From Mobula hypostoma (Eukaryota), in contig NC_086097.1 of the NCBI RefSeq assembly GCF_963921235.1, forward strand, positions 135,596,001 through 135,660,000: 64,000 nt of DNA. The letters run 5' to 3'. The notes beneath the pieces were generated by a model that had not been told where the DNA came from, searched no databases, and saw only the letters and a list, made by a program, of their open reading frames with translations. Below, piece after piece: positions 50,600-63,189 of this stretch; the first letter of the stretch is position 1; each line of letters opens with the position of its first letter. Both the position numbers and the translations under genes were made by a program.

Positions 50600-51575
50600 G
50601 AAAACACCAGTCAGCACAACCACTCTGTGAGGATGCATTCTCAGCCCCCGCTCTATTCCTAGTACACTCATGACTGCACAGCCCGATTCTGCTCCAACTA
50701 CATCTACAAGTTTGCAGATGATACTGTGGTGGGCATCTACATCTCAAATAACAATATGTCAGAGTAAGGAAGGAGGTAGAGAGAGAGAGATCAGTGACAT
50801 GGTTTCATGACAACAACCTTTTCCTTAATGTCAATAAAAGAGTTGGGCGTTGACCAGAAAGTGGGATGGTGTGCACTATCTCCTCTCTACATCAACAGTC
50901 TGAGAGGACTGATATCATGGTCAAGAAATCTAAACAATGCCTCTATTTCCTCAGGAGGTTAGGGAAATTCGGCATGACCCTGTTGACTTTTGGCAATTTT
51001 TATCGATGCACCACAGGAAGCATTCTGTCTGAATGCATCACAGCTTAGCATGGCAACTGATCCGCACGTGACCACAAGAAACTGCAGAGTTGTGGCCATG
51101 GCTCAGTACATCACAGGAACAAGCCTCCCCTCCATGACTTTGTCAATACTTCTCACTACCTCAGTAAAGCAGCCAGCATAATGAAAGACCCCACCCACCC
51201 TGGACATCCTCTCTTCTCAGGTAGGGCAGAAGATACAAAAGCCTGAAAGCATGCACTACCAGGCTGTGGGACAGCTTCTATCCCACTGTCATTAGGTTTC
51301 TGAATGGATCTCTTGTATGATAACAACACACATCAAAGTTGCTGGTGAACGCAGCAGGCCAAGCAGCATCTGTAGGAAGAGGCGCAGTCGACGTTTCTTG
51401 TATGATAAGATGGACTCTTGGCCTCAAATTCTACCTCATTATGACCTTGCACTCTATTGTTTACCTGGACTGCTCTTTTTAACACTTTATTTCTCATTGT
51501 TTAATCTGGCTCAATGCATGGTGTAATGATTTTATCTATATCAATAGTTTGCAAGACAAGTTTTTCCACTGTATT
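50600..51575 (+). mobile_element. Decayed Rex1/Babar LINE 3' part
   Basis: catctacaagtttgcagatgatac (YKFADD); QCLYFLRRLGKFGM...NFYRCTTGSILSECITA. Confidence 0.75.
51324..51395 (-). mobile_element. 72-bp Penelope tail insertion truncated inside the hammerhead motif
   Basis: 13-bp TSD tcttgtatgataa (51311-51323, 51396-51408). Matches the reverse complement of ~5846-5917. Confidence 0.85.
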
Positions 51576-52151
51576 TGATTATGAGAACACTCAGTCCTCC
51601 TTTATTGTCATTTAGAAATGCATACATGCGTTAAGAAATGATACAATGTTCCTCCAGAGTGATATCACAGAAAACAGGACAAACCAAAGACTAACACTGA
51701 CAGAACCACATAATTATAACATATAGTTACAGCAGTGCAAAACAATACCATAATTTGATAAAGACCATGGGCACGGTAAAAAAGAAGTCTCAAGTCCCGA
51801 TCGACTCCTGAGTCCCCAATAGCAGGCGGCAAAAGGGAGAAACTCCCTGCCATAAACCTCCAAGGCACTGACAACTGCCGATGCCTTGGAAGTCCCCGAC
51901 CACAGCCGACACCGAGTCCGTCCATCTGAAAACTTCGAGCCTCTGACCAGCCCCTCCGATACAGCCTCCTGAGTGCCATCCTCTGCCGAGCACCTTCAAC
52001 CTAGCCCCGGCCGCCGAAACAAGCAAAGCCGGGGATTCGGGGCCTTCTGCTCCAGAGATTCCGGTTACCATACGGTAGCAGTGGCAGCGAAGTGGGCATT
52101 TCAGAAGTTCCTCCAGATGTTCCTCCATACTCTCACGCCTGTCTCCATCAA
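51576..52151 (-). mobile_element. Second subfamily copy of the aatct-tailed non-autonomous retroposon
   Basis: Colinear with 1366-1897 (shared catctgaaaacttcgagc, ttcaga...ccagatgttcctc, tctccatcaaa). Confidence 0.65.
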
Positions 52152-52785
52152 AGTACATATGACAATAATAAACCAAATCTAAAACAATCCCATATTAGTT
52201 TATGCCCCAGTCCTGACTTCTACCCTCCTCTTCTCTACTGATGACATAATCTTCATTCCCTTCTTTATTTTGTGCTCTCCAGCTTCCTGTTAAAGGTATC
52301 CACCCTGTTAACCTCAACCACTCCAGTGGCTGTGAGCTCACCACACTCAGAATAAACAGATTTCCGTTGAATTCCCTTTGGAGTTTGTACTGGCTAGCTT
52401 ATACAGATGGTTTGCCACAATACCTCAATACATGTCAAGCATTACTTATATCCCAACTCCTTAACCTTTGGGCCGAGCCTTCCATCTTAGTTGAACGAAG
52501 GAAGCTTCATTGATTATAATTCTGCCTGATATTCAGTTATATCAATGAAAGAGATACCTTTCATTTAAACACACAACAGATGAAGGGCGAAAGCAGGTAT
52601 AGTTTGGATACGATTTTGGACATTGTTGAAGTTTGTTGTCCTACATTTTATTCGTTCTCTTTATTGTGCCAGTTCACGTGTGCTACCAGTCACATGAATC
52701 AGAATCAGATTTATTACCAAGAATTTATATGTCATTAAATTTGTTGTTTTGCAGCAGCAGGACAGTACGAAGACATAAACTTACT

Positions 52786-53054
52786 CATCATCATCATTAT
52801 GTGCTGTGTCAATGACGTAGGCAAATTTTTCGACAGAAGTGGTTTGCCATTGTCTTCTTCTGGTCAGTGTCTTTACAAGACAGGTGACCCTAGCCATGAT
52901 CAATTTTCTTCAGAGGTTGGCTCCCTGATATCAGTGGTCTCATAACCAGGACTTGCAATATGCACCAGTTGTTCATATGGCCATCTACCACCTCATACAA
53001 CCAGGGCTTCATGTGACCCTGACTGGGGATGAAGCCATTGCTACACCTTGCCCA
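52786..53054 (-). mobile_element. RTE-partnered SINE-like element (Bov-A/Sauria-SINE-like motif)
   Basis: cagaagtggtttgccattgtcttcttc and caccttgccca motifs; (TGA)n tail on the minus strand. Confidence 0.45.
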
Positions 53055-53059
53055 CCTCT

Positions 53060-56000
53060 GATCTGATCATGGACTCATCTCCACCTACCTGCCTTTTCCT
53101 CATAACCCTTAATTCTCTTACTGTGCAAAAATCTATCCAACATTGTCTTAAGTATATTTACTGAGGTAGCCTCCACTACTTCATTGGGCAGAGAATTCCA
53201 CAGATTCACCATTCTTTGGGAAAAGCAGTTCCTCCTCATCTCCATCCTAAATCAATGCCCAAAATACTGAGGCTATGTCTCTTTGTTCTAGTCTCACCTA
53301 CAAGTGGAAACAACTTTCCTGCCTCTATTCTATCTATCCCTTTCATAATTTTATATGCTTCATAGAAACATAGAAAATAGGTGCAGGAGTAGTCCATTCA
53401 GCCCTTCGAGCCTGCACCGCCATTTATTATGATCATGGCTGATCATTCAACTCAGAACCCTGCACCAGCCTTCTCTCCATACCCCCCGATCCCTTTAGCC
53501 ACAAGGGCCATATCTAACTCCCTCTTAAATATAGCCAATGAACTGGCCTCAACTGTTTCCTGTGGCAGAGAATTCCACAGATTCACCACTCTCTGTGTGA
53601 AGAAGTTTTTCCCAATCTCGGTCCTAAAAGGCTTCCCCTTTATCCTCAAACTGTGGCCCCTTATACCGTTGCACACTAAACTCCTGTGTGGGACCTTGTC
53701 AAAAGCCTTTTGAAAATCCAAATATACCACATCCACTGGTTCTCCCCTATCCACTCTACTAGTTACATCCTCAAAAAATTCTATGAGATTCGTCAGACAT
53801 GATTTTCCTTTCACAAATCCATGCTGACTTTGTCCGATCATTTCACCGCTTTCCAAATGTGCTGTTATCACATCTTTGATAACTGACTCCAGCAGTTTCC
53901 CCACCACCGATGTTCGGCTAACCGGTCTATAATTCCCCGGTTTCTCTCTCCCTCTTTTTTTTAAAAAGTGGGGTTACATTAGCCACCCTCCAATCCTCAG
54001 GAACTAGTCCAGAATCTAAAGAGTTTTGACAAATTAACACTAATGCATCCACTATTTCTTGGGCTACTTCCTTAAGCACTCTGGGATGCAGACCATCTGG
54101 CCCTGGGGATTTATCTGCCTTTAATCCCTTCAATTTACCTAACACCACTTCCCTACTAACATGTATTTCCCTCAGTTCCTCCATCTCACTGGACCCTCTG
54201 TCCCCTACTATTTCCGGAAGATTATTTATGTCCTCCTTAGTGAAGACAGAACCAAAGTAATTATTCAATTGGTCTGCCATGTCCTTGCTCCCCATAATCA
54301 ATTCACCTGTTTCTGTCTGTAGGGAACCTACATTTGTCTTAACCAATATTTTTCTTTCCACATATCTATGAAAGCTTTTACAGTCAGTTTTTATGTTCCC
54401 TGCCAGTTTTCTCTCATAATCTTTTTTCTCCTTCCTAATTAAGCCCTTTGTCCTCCTCTGCTGGACTCTGAATTTCTCCCAGTCCTCAGGTGAGCCACTT
54501 TTTCTGGCTAATTTGTATGCTTCTTCTTTGGAATTGATACTATCCCTAATTTCCCTTGTCAGCCACGGGTGCACTACCTTCCTTGATTTATTCTTTTGCC
54601 AAACTGGGATGAACAATTGTTGTAGTTCATCCATGCGATCTTTAAATGCTTGCCATTGCATATCCACCGTCAACCCTTTAAGTGTCATTTGCCAGTCTAT
54701 CTTAGCTAATTCACGTCTCATACCTTCAAAGTTACCTTCTATAAGATCTCCTCTCATTCTTCTGAATGCCATCAAGTACAGTCCCAGGCAACTCAATCTC
54801 TCCTCATAGTCTAACCCTCTCATCTCTGGAATCAGCCTAGTGAACCTCCGCTGCACTGCCTCCAAAGCCAGTATATCCTACCTCAAGTAAGGAGACCAGA
54901 ACTGCACACAGTACTCCAGGTGCAGCCTCACCAGTACCCTGTACAGTTGCAGCATAACCTCCCTGCTCATAAATTCAATCCCTCTAGCGATGACGCCAAC
55001 ATTCCATTTACCTTCTTGATAACCTGCTGCACCTGCAAACCAATCTTTTGTGATTCATGCACACGCACTCCCCAGTCCTCTGCACAGCAGCATGCTGCAA
55101 TTTTTTACCTTTTAAATAATAATCTGCTCTTTCACTTTCCTTCCAAAGTGGATGACCTTGCAATTACCAACATTGTACTCCATCTGCCAGATCCTTGCCC
55201 ACCCACTTAACCTATGTGTATTTCTCTGCAGACTCTCTGTATCTCCATATCTTCTGCACAATTTGCTTTTCCACTCTATTTAGTGTCATCAGCAAACTGA
55301 CTTAAACCACACTTGGTTCCCTCTTCCAGATTGTTAATGTATATCGTGAACAGTTGCGGGCCCAGCACCAACCCCTGTGGCACACCGCTCACCACTGATT
55401 GCCAACCAGGGTAAACCGATGTATCCCAACTCTCTGCTTTCTATTAGTTAACCAATTCTCTATCCATGCTAATACATCACCCTCAACTCTATGCATCCGT
55501 AACTTCTGGAGAAGTCTTTTATGTGGCACCTTATCAAACGCCTTCTGGAAATCCAAGTAAATAACATCCATCTGTTTCGCTCTGTCCATTAATGTTGTTA
55601 TATCCTCAAAGAACTCCAGTAAATTTGTCAAATAGGACCTGCTTTTGCTAAATCCATACAATGTCTGCTTGATGGATCATTTCTTTCCAGATACCTTGCT
55701 ATTTCTTTTTTAATGATAGCTTCAAGCATGTTCCCAACTACAGATGTTAAACTAACTGGCCTATAGTTACCTGCCTCTTGCCTACATCTTTTTTTGAACA
55801 GTGTTGTGTCATTTGCCATCTTCCAATCTGCTGGGACCTGCCCAGAGTCCAGAGAATTTTGGCAAATTATCACCAAATCCTCTACTGTAACTTCTGCCAT
55901 TTCTTTCAGTACCCTGGGATGCATTTAATCGGGACCAAGGTCTTATCTATCTTCAGGACAACAAGTGTGCTCAGCACTCCCTCTTTAGTAATAGCTATTG

Positions 56001-56760
56001 TATTGAGGTCCTCACCTCTCATCACATCCATAACATCTCTCTTTGGCACGTTAGACATGTCCTCCACCATAAAGACCGACACAAAATAGTCATTCAATGC
56101 CTCGGCCATTTCCTCATTACCCAATATCAATTCCCCCTTCTCATCCTCCAAGGGACCTACATTCACTTTAGCCACCCTTTTCCTCTTTATATAATTATAA
56201 AAAATTTATCATCTGTTTTTATATGTTGTGCTAGTTTATTTTCATAATCTATCTTCCCTTTCTTTATTGCTCGCTTAGTGATTCTCTGTTGCTTTTTAAA
56301 GTTTTCCCTATCTTCCAGTTTCTCACTATTCTTGATGATTTTGTACACACCAGCTTTTAGTTTGATGTCTTCTTTTATTTCCTTAGTTATCCAAGGCTGG
56401 CTCTCCCCATCCTTACTGTTCTTGCCTTTAACTGGAATATACTTCTGTTGAGAGCAGCGAAAAATCTCTTTGAAAGTCTTCCACTGTTTCTCAAACATCC
56501 CACAACATAACCTGTGTTCTCAGTCTACACCAGCCAAATCCTCCCTCATCCCATTGTAGTCTCCTTTGTTTAAGCATAATAAACTGGTTTCAGATTGAAC
56601 TATTGCACCCTCCATTTGTGAGAGAAACTCAGTCATACTGTGATCACTGGAGGATCAAGAGGATCCCTAACTACAAGATCATTAATTTTACCTGTCTCAT
56701 TGCACAGGACTGACCTAAGATAGCACGTTCCCTTGTAGGCTCAGTAACATGCTGCTCAAG
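53060..56760 (-). mobile_element. Older CR1 LINE (ORF2, broken), interrupted by a young CR1
   Basis: Pieces [61 protein letters not shown]. The 3' end lies at 53060-53360. Confidence 0.9.
53361..54737 (-). mobile_element. Young CR1 LINE nested in the older CR1, with ~0.8-kb internal deletion
   Basis: Near-identical to 20535-22556. FDKVPHRSLVCN is fused to GIRGHSLRIK. catagaaacatagaaaatagg tail. Confidence 0.9.
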
Positions 56761-56969
56761 GTCCTTGGGACACCCTGAAAGAGGCCATAGAGATTTAGAA
56801 CACTCTGGCTGAAGGCAGAGATAGAGGGATAACTTAATTATCCAGATAAGTCAGAGCAAAAAAGATTCCGGACCAAATGTGAAATGGATAAACAAACGGG
56901 ATACTTGAAGCCTGTTGTTTCTGTCCTGTAGAGCTCAGGTCCTTTAGCGACTTCTCTCCTGACTCCACA

Positions 56970-57905
56970 GGTAATGGAGTCCAAACACGTCTTTCCCTCT
57001 CCCCTACTTTCTGCTTTCCACAAGGATCGCTCCCTTTGCGACTCCCTTGTCCATTCGCCCCTCCCCACTGATTTCTCTCCTGGCACTTACCCTTGCAAGC
57101 GAGACGAGTGCTACACCTGCCCCTACACCTCCTCCCTCACTACCATTCATGGCCCCAAACAGTCCTTCCACGTGAGGCGACACTTCACCTGTGAGTCTGT
57201 TGGGGTCATCTACTGATTCCAATGCTCCTAGTGCGGCCTCTGGTGTATTGGTGAAGCCTGATGCAGATTGGGAGACCGCTTTGTTGAGCACCTGCGCTCC
57301 ATCTGCCAGAAAAAGTGGGATCTCCCAGTGGCCATCCATTTTAATTCCACTTCCCATTCCCATTCTGACATACTGTATCAGCCTATGGCTTCCTCTACTG
57401 TTGTGACGAGGCCACACTGGGATTGGAGGAGCAATACCTTATATTCTCGGATAAGCCTCCAACCTGATGGCATGAACATCGATTTCTCAAACTTCTGGTA
57501 ATGCCTCCACCCTCTCCTTCACCATTCCCCACTCTCACCTTATCTCCTTATCTGCCCACTACCTCCGTCTGGTGCTCCTCCCCCCTTTTCTTTCTTCCAT
57601 GGCCTTCTATCCTCTCCTATTAGATTCCCCCTTCTCCAGCCCCATATCTCTTTCACCAATCAACTTTCCAGCTCTTTATTTTACCCCTTCCCCCAAACTC
57701 CTGATTTCACCTATCACCTTGTGGTTCTTCCTCCCCTCCTCCACTTTCTTACTCCTCATCTTTTTTCCCAGTCCTGATGAAGGGTCTCGGCCCAAAACGG
57801 CGACTGTACTTTTTTCCATAGCTGCTGCCTGGCCTGCTGAGTTCCTCCAGCATTTTGTTTAGTGTTGCTTTGGATTTCCAGCATCTACAGATTTTCTCTT
57901 GTTTG
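56970..57905 (+). mobile_element. Older 5'-truncated Penelope-like element
   Basis: Colinear with 5005-5520 (FTCESVGVIY*, LGDRFVEHLRS, PVAIHFN). Mutated hammerhead gtcctgatgaagggtctcggcccaaaacggcgac at 57771. Confidence 0.85.
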
Positions 57906-58874
57906 TGAATGGAGGTGCCCTGTTTGTCTTCTCAATCACCAAGGCTCCAATACTTTGCTTTCCTGATCTCAGCCCCTGTTTTCCAGCAAGTTATGCTGCG
58001 TAAACAACATTTTCCAACTGGAAACCACAAGGAAGGAGTCCAGTTGTCAGCGATACAGCACTGCGTCAAGCTCCAGTGCAACTGAAAGCTCCTGAATTAG
58101 CTGGCCCTCTATCCTATCACAACAGATATTTTCAGGCCAGGAAACCAAAGAATGTGTATGGTATGTGTGAGATATTCCAAAGCTAACAATAGTGATGCAA
58201 GCACCATCTCACTGCAGATAAACAATGAAGCAGAATTAATGTTCTAGCTGATGATTGAATTTCTCCTCCCCCGCAACACCTCCCCTCACCACCCGCCTCA
58301 GTTTTGTGGTTATGCTTTTGTGGGGACGTTTCCAGACGAACGCTACCCCTTAACCAGGGGCAATGTGCATGGTCCCTTGACTATTCCCTATGCTGTTCAC
58401 GATGTTGTTTTCCGCACAAGCACCCGCAGGTCCACCCCAAGGTTTTGCTTGGTTGTTTGGCCAGGAGAAGCACAGCTGGGTTTGGGAACTAACGTTGTGC
58501 GAGAGCTCTTTGGGAAATCCACATCATCTCACCGAAGGGGATGAATGGCTCCTGGAATTCTGCTTTTAATAAAGTTCATTAGCACTGGAACTTGACACAA
58601 ATAAACTTTACAGCTGTAAATTCACGGGCTACAGATCTGTGCCCAAGACATGACTCAAAGTCAAAGTCAAAGTTGAGTTTATTGCCATACACTCAAGTAT
58701 ATGTATGCATAGGTGCAATGAAATATTTACCCACAGCAGAATCACAGGCACATAGCATCATACAAGTAGCATTCAGGAGAAAAAAAAATCAAATATGAAT
58801 TAAATGCATCTTTACAAGAAAAAATACAAAAAACACAAAAAAAGGTCAATTTTTAGTGCAAAGTGATCGAAGTA

Positions 58875-59250
58875 GAATATAGAACATTGAACATAGAAAG
58901 CTACAGCACATTACAGGCACTTCGGCCCACCATGTTGTGCTGACCATGTACCTATTCTAGAAATTGCCTAGAATTTCCCTGCCACATAACCCTCTATTTT
59001 TCTAAGCTCCATGAACCTATCTAAGAGTCTCTTAAAAGACCCTATTGTATCCGCCTCCACCACCGTCACTGGCAGTGCATTCCACGTGCCCACCACTCTC
59101 TGCGTGAAAAATTTACCTCTGACATCCCCCTTGTACCTACTTCCCAGCACTGTGCCCTCTCATGTTAGCCATTTCAGCCCTGGGAAAAAGCCTCTGGCTA
59201 TCCACACGATCAATGCCTCCGTCATCTTATACACCTCTATCAGGTCACCT
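58875..59250 (-). mobile_element. CR1 LINE 3' fragment
   Basis: RYKGDVRGKFFTQRVVGTWNALPVTVVEADTIGSFKRLLDRFM. Confidence 0.8.
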
Positions 59251-60589
59251 GATACCGTCAAGTAGTCATAGCGCTGCTCAGCTCTAGTGATTAGCTTTGT
59301 GTCAGTTTGCCCAAGAACTGAATGTTGAGGGGGAGTTAGCTGTTATTGAATCTATTTCAAAGATATCTTGAATGCTTGAGGAGTTGAATGGAGTGGACTT
59401 CATTCCCCTGGAACATAGGACATTGAGGGCTGAACTGATAGAGGTGAAACAGGTTGAAAGCACATACACTTTTTTTCCCAAGAAAGGCAAGGGGGCATAG
59501 ATTTAAGGTCAAAGGCAAGATATTTAAAAGGGACATCAAGGTCAGCTTCTTCACATAAAGTCTGGTGCATATTTGGAGTGAGCTGTCAAAAGTAATGGCT
59601 TAGGCAGGTACATTAGCAGGATTTAAAAGCCATCTGGATAATTACATGAGTAGGAGGGGTTAGATATATGAGACGAACAAGGACAGATAGAACCACCTTG
59701 CTGGGCAGCACAGTGGCATGGTCAAAGTAGGCAGAATTTCTTCCGAATTCTTCTAAAGGAACCTTTGAATTGTTTTAGGGTGGAGTTAACTAAGTATAAA
59801 AAACCACTTAATCAGAAAAATTAACGTCTTGTGGGGGTGCTGGTGAAAAGGCATACTTGAGAAGCCAGAACTAGCAAGGTCCGAGTTGGAAATTGTGATT
59901 AGCGCAAAGCCCTCTTTTGGCTGGCACAGACACAATGGGCCAAATGGCCTGCTGTGTGGCCATACCAATCTGTGGTGCACCTAGATGGGATGCTTTCATT
60001 GGTGCATGCGTAGAAAGTGGTTCGAGTCATTGGACATGCGCTGAATTTTCTTAGTCTTCTGAGGTAGTAGAGGTACTGGTATGTTGTTTATGCTGCTGAG
60101 GCTTTGCCTATCTGCTGGCGTGCATTCTTTAATTTCATGAATCCAGTTGTATTCAGTTTCATTCTGATTAGATATATTGGTTGGTTGATGCTTGGACAGA
60201 GCTATTTTCGGCTGACACAGCTGCCCTTTCTGTGGCCTGCAGGACCGCCCATTGTTGAAAGAGCCTGCACAAAAAGTGCTCGGTGGTCTGGGAAAAGAGA
60301 ATTCCCCTGCAGAGGAAAGCCTCAGAACACCCATCCCTGGGATACAGCAAACTCTACTTCAGCTGAGACCACCACGCTGTGCAGCAGGCTAGGAGAAGCA
60401 AACTGCATCACTAGTACAGAGACAGAGCCTATCATTACTCCGAAAGATCAGAAGTGGCACCATAAACCTTTGGAAGGCTTTTGCACTCCTTGATTAAGAA
60501 CTCCCTTGAAGGTGGCCATGCAAGTGAGGTAGTGTGGTGAAGAAGCCAAAGAGCATGTTTGCCTTCATTGGTCTGAAGAGAGTAATTAG

Positions 60590-61040
60590 TTAGTGGTTTG
60601 CTATTATCACACGTACCAAGATACAATGATAAATGTAGTTTTGCATGCCATCCATACATTAGTACACTGATGTCGTGCAAAGGGAATAACAATAACAGAA
60701 TGCAGAATATAGGGTTACAGTGCAGGTAGATACAAATGTCCAAGAGCTCCGAGGAACCGGACTGACAAATCAAGTGTTCATCTTTGTCTTGTAGGAGGTC
60801 TGTTCAAGATTCTGATAACAGTGGGGTAGAAACTGTCCGTGAGCCTGATGGTACCCATTTTCAAGCTTTCATGTAAAGAGTCAGGAAGTGATGCTGCAGC
60901 TGCATAAAGCCCCAGTTAGGACACACTTTTGGAGCATTGTGTACAATTCCGGTCACTACATTACAGAAAAGATGTGACGGCTTTAGAGTGGGTACAGAAG
61001 AGGTTCTCCAGGATGTTGCCTGGATTAGAGGCTATTAGCT
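60590..61040. mobile_element. Rex 3' tail (-) followed by a CR1 fragment (+)
   Basis: EHCVQFRSLHYRKDVTALEWVQKRFSRMLPGLE at 60929; Rex tail motif gtagaaactgtccgtgagcctg. Confidence 0.6.
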
Positions 61041-61177
61041 GTGCAGTGTACTGTTCTATATTCGACATTCTATATCCTAATTTAAGCAGATCGCTGATAG
61101 AGAAGATAGTTTATTTTTTATTTATGATTTTAATTTAGAAACACAGCACGGAAACAGGCCCACGAGCCCGTGCTGTG

Positions 61178-61340
61178 CAATTACTCCCATCTGGCCAAAT
61201 AACCTACCACGTGGTACACCTTTGGAACGTGGGGGAAAACCTGGAGGAGACACTCACAGTTGGGGGGAGAACGTACAAAACTCCTTGCAGGCAGCCGTGG
61301 GAATTGAACCTGGGTTGGTGATACTGTAACAGCGCCATGG
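61178..61340 (-). mobile_element. Decayed V-SINE
   Basis: ctttggaacgtgggggaaaacctggag...ggagaacgtacaaaactcc...gggaattgaacctggg (B-box reverse complement). Confidence 0.5.
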
Positions 61341-63189
61341 AAATCATCTGCTGGTGTGAGTGTTTGTGAGTAAGCGGGGATGAATGGTACAGAAGGGATT
61401 GTTCTCATACTCCATGGGCCAGGTGGTCTTGTTGGCAGTGATTGAGAAATTTCACTCTACTGAATATTGTCGAAACTGAGAGCATGCAGGAGAATCCAAT
61501 CTTACCCATTTGCCAAGAGCTTCAGCTTGCCCCTGTTGTCGTAAACCATTCAACTCTGGAGGAGAGGCAGTCATTCCTTTTCCTAAATAACAGATCTGGA
61601 AAAACCTTGACCGAGTTCAGTCCAGGTCCACATCCCATGTCCTGTGTCCTGAAACATCCGAGGATGCTTTCAACATGTGACTTACCCAACCAGAGGCCCG
61701 CAACGGTGCACAGTCCTTGAGTGAATGCCCTCAAAAGTCAGCTTGAGTTTGCAGCATCTAATAAATTTCACCATCACTTTACACTCTGAGCCCAAGTGCA
61801 CACTCACCCGAAACCTTCTTCCCTTTCAGTTTAATCCTGACTTTTCTTATTGGCTGTCCAACAGAAGGCACGATCCTCAAAACTCCAATCCTGGCTCTCC
61901 TTACCGGCAACCTTGTCAGAACCCATGATCCTAACCTTTCTTATTGGCTGTCCAGTCAGACTCCATAATTCACACCCTAGCCTTCTTCCTGTTTCTCAGT
62001 CAGGTCACATGATCCTGGCAGTCCAATACTAGCCATTCTTTTCTACAAGTAAGTTAGTGTTCCTCTTTCTTTTCATTAGGATCTTGCTGTTGGCAAACTG
62101 GTCTCATTCTTTTGCTTTGTGATCCAGTCATGTTCCTGCTTCCTGCTGGTAGATCATGAATCTTGTGCCTTTCAGGGGAACCCAGTCACTGAGATCATAT
62201 ATTGACCACAGTTTGCTCAGTGTGCTTTCCTTGGTGGTGGTGAAAAGAGGGCAGTTTTGGCAAAGAAAGTGACAATGTGCAGTACACACCTGGTTCAAAG
62301 CTTGTTGAGTTAGATGCTTCCTCTCCGTATGGGGTTGAGTAGGATCCGGGATCAGGCGTGATGGAATGGCGGAGCAGACTCAATGGCCCAAATGACCTAG
62401 TTCTGCTCCTGTGTCTTATGGTATGATAAGATACTTTTGAAACAATACCTCTATTATATGATAAGGTTTATTGACACTGCACTCAGCCCTGTTTCTTTGC
62501 TCTTGCTCCAGTGACATTTTGCCTGGTGGGCTTCCACTTTTTCCACTGTTACAGGAGTTTCTATGTGTGTTAAACTCACCCTGAAAAGGCTCATAGCCCT
62601 TTTAATGCATGGCGCAAATGGTGTAGGGAGCTGGCTGGGAAACGAGGCATGAGATCTGGATCATTTTCAGCTTTGAAACCAGTGGAAATGGGAATAGCAA
62701 AGACATTATCTCCAGCAGTGGGAATATCAAACACTGAACATGGTGGGATGTGAGACTGGATTCGATCCATTCTTGGGCCTGTCCTAAAGGCTCCCATGCT
62801 GACAGTAGTCTCATTGTCTTCATAACGGATATTCTCTCGACATATAGAATAACTTGCTTGGACTTGATACCGTTAACAGTGCCATAAGTCTTTTTTTTAA
62901 ATTGAAGAACATTCCAGAATTCTTGTGTTTTCTGTCCATAACTTTGCAGTAGCTGGATAAATCAAGTTCTGATCTTCTGGCTTAGATCCTTAGCATTTCC
63001 CTGTTTTTTTCCCCTCTGGAGTTTTGTACACAATGTTCTATATCTTTCTGGAAGAAATTTCAGTTCCAGTATTTCTGCTGCTTAACCCTGTGGATGAAGC
63101 AGTACACTAATGCCCATGGCTGATGGAAAATCCTCCCTCTTTCTAACCGCAGTCTCTTTCCCTTCCCTACAGTCCACATTTCACTTTAA

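Noticed and set aside
53927..54865. 312-aa ORF with apparently permuted CR1 domains
   Set aside because: Chance in-frame junction between the older CR1 and the nested young CR1.
57771..57804. Additional hammerhead motifs (also ~2301, ~3040-3072, ~27668)
   Set aside because: Core nucleotides are mutated (GAAA to AAAA, CUGA to CUGC or UAGA, or GUC lost), so they are unlikely to be active.
60060..60120. TGAGGTAGTAGA matches the 5' 12 nt of let-7 family miRNAs
   Set aside because: The 3' half diverges from let-7 and there is no complementary star arm (ctatacaa-like) downstream, so no pre-miRNA hairpin.
30816..62635. Strong minus-strand splice donors at ~30820, ~42347 and ~62579
   Set aside because: No convincing acceptors or recognisable peptide link them; compatible with chance occurrence in 64 kb.
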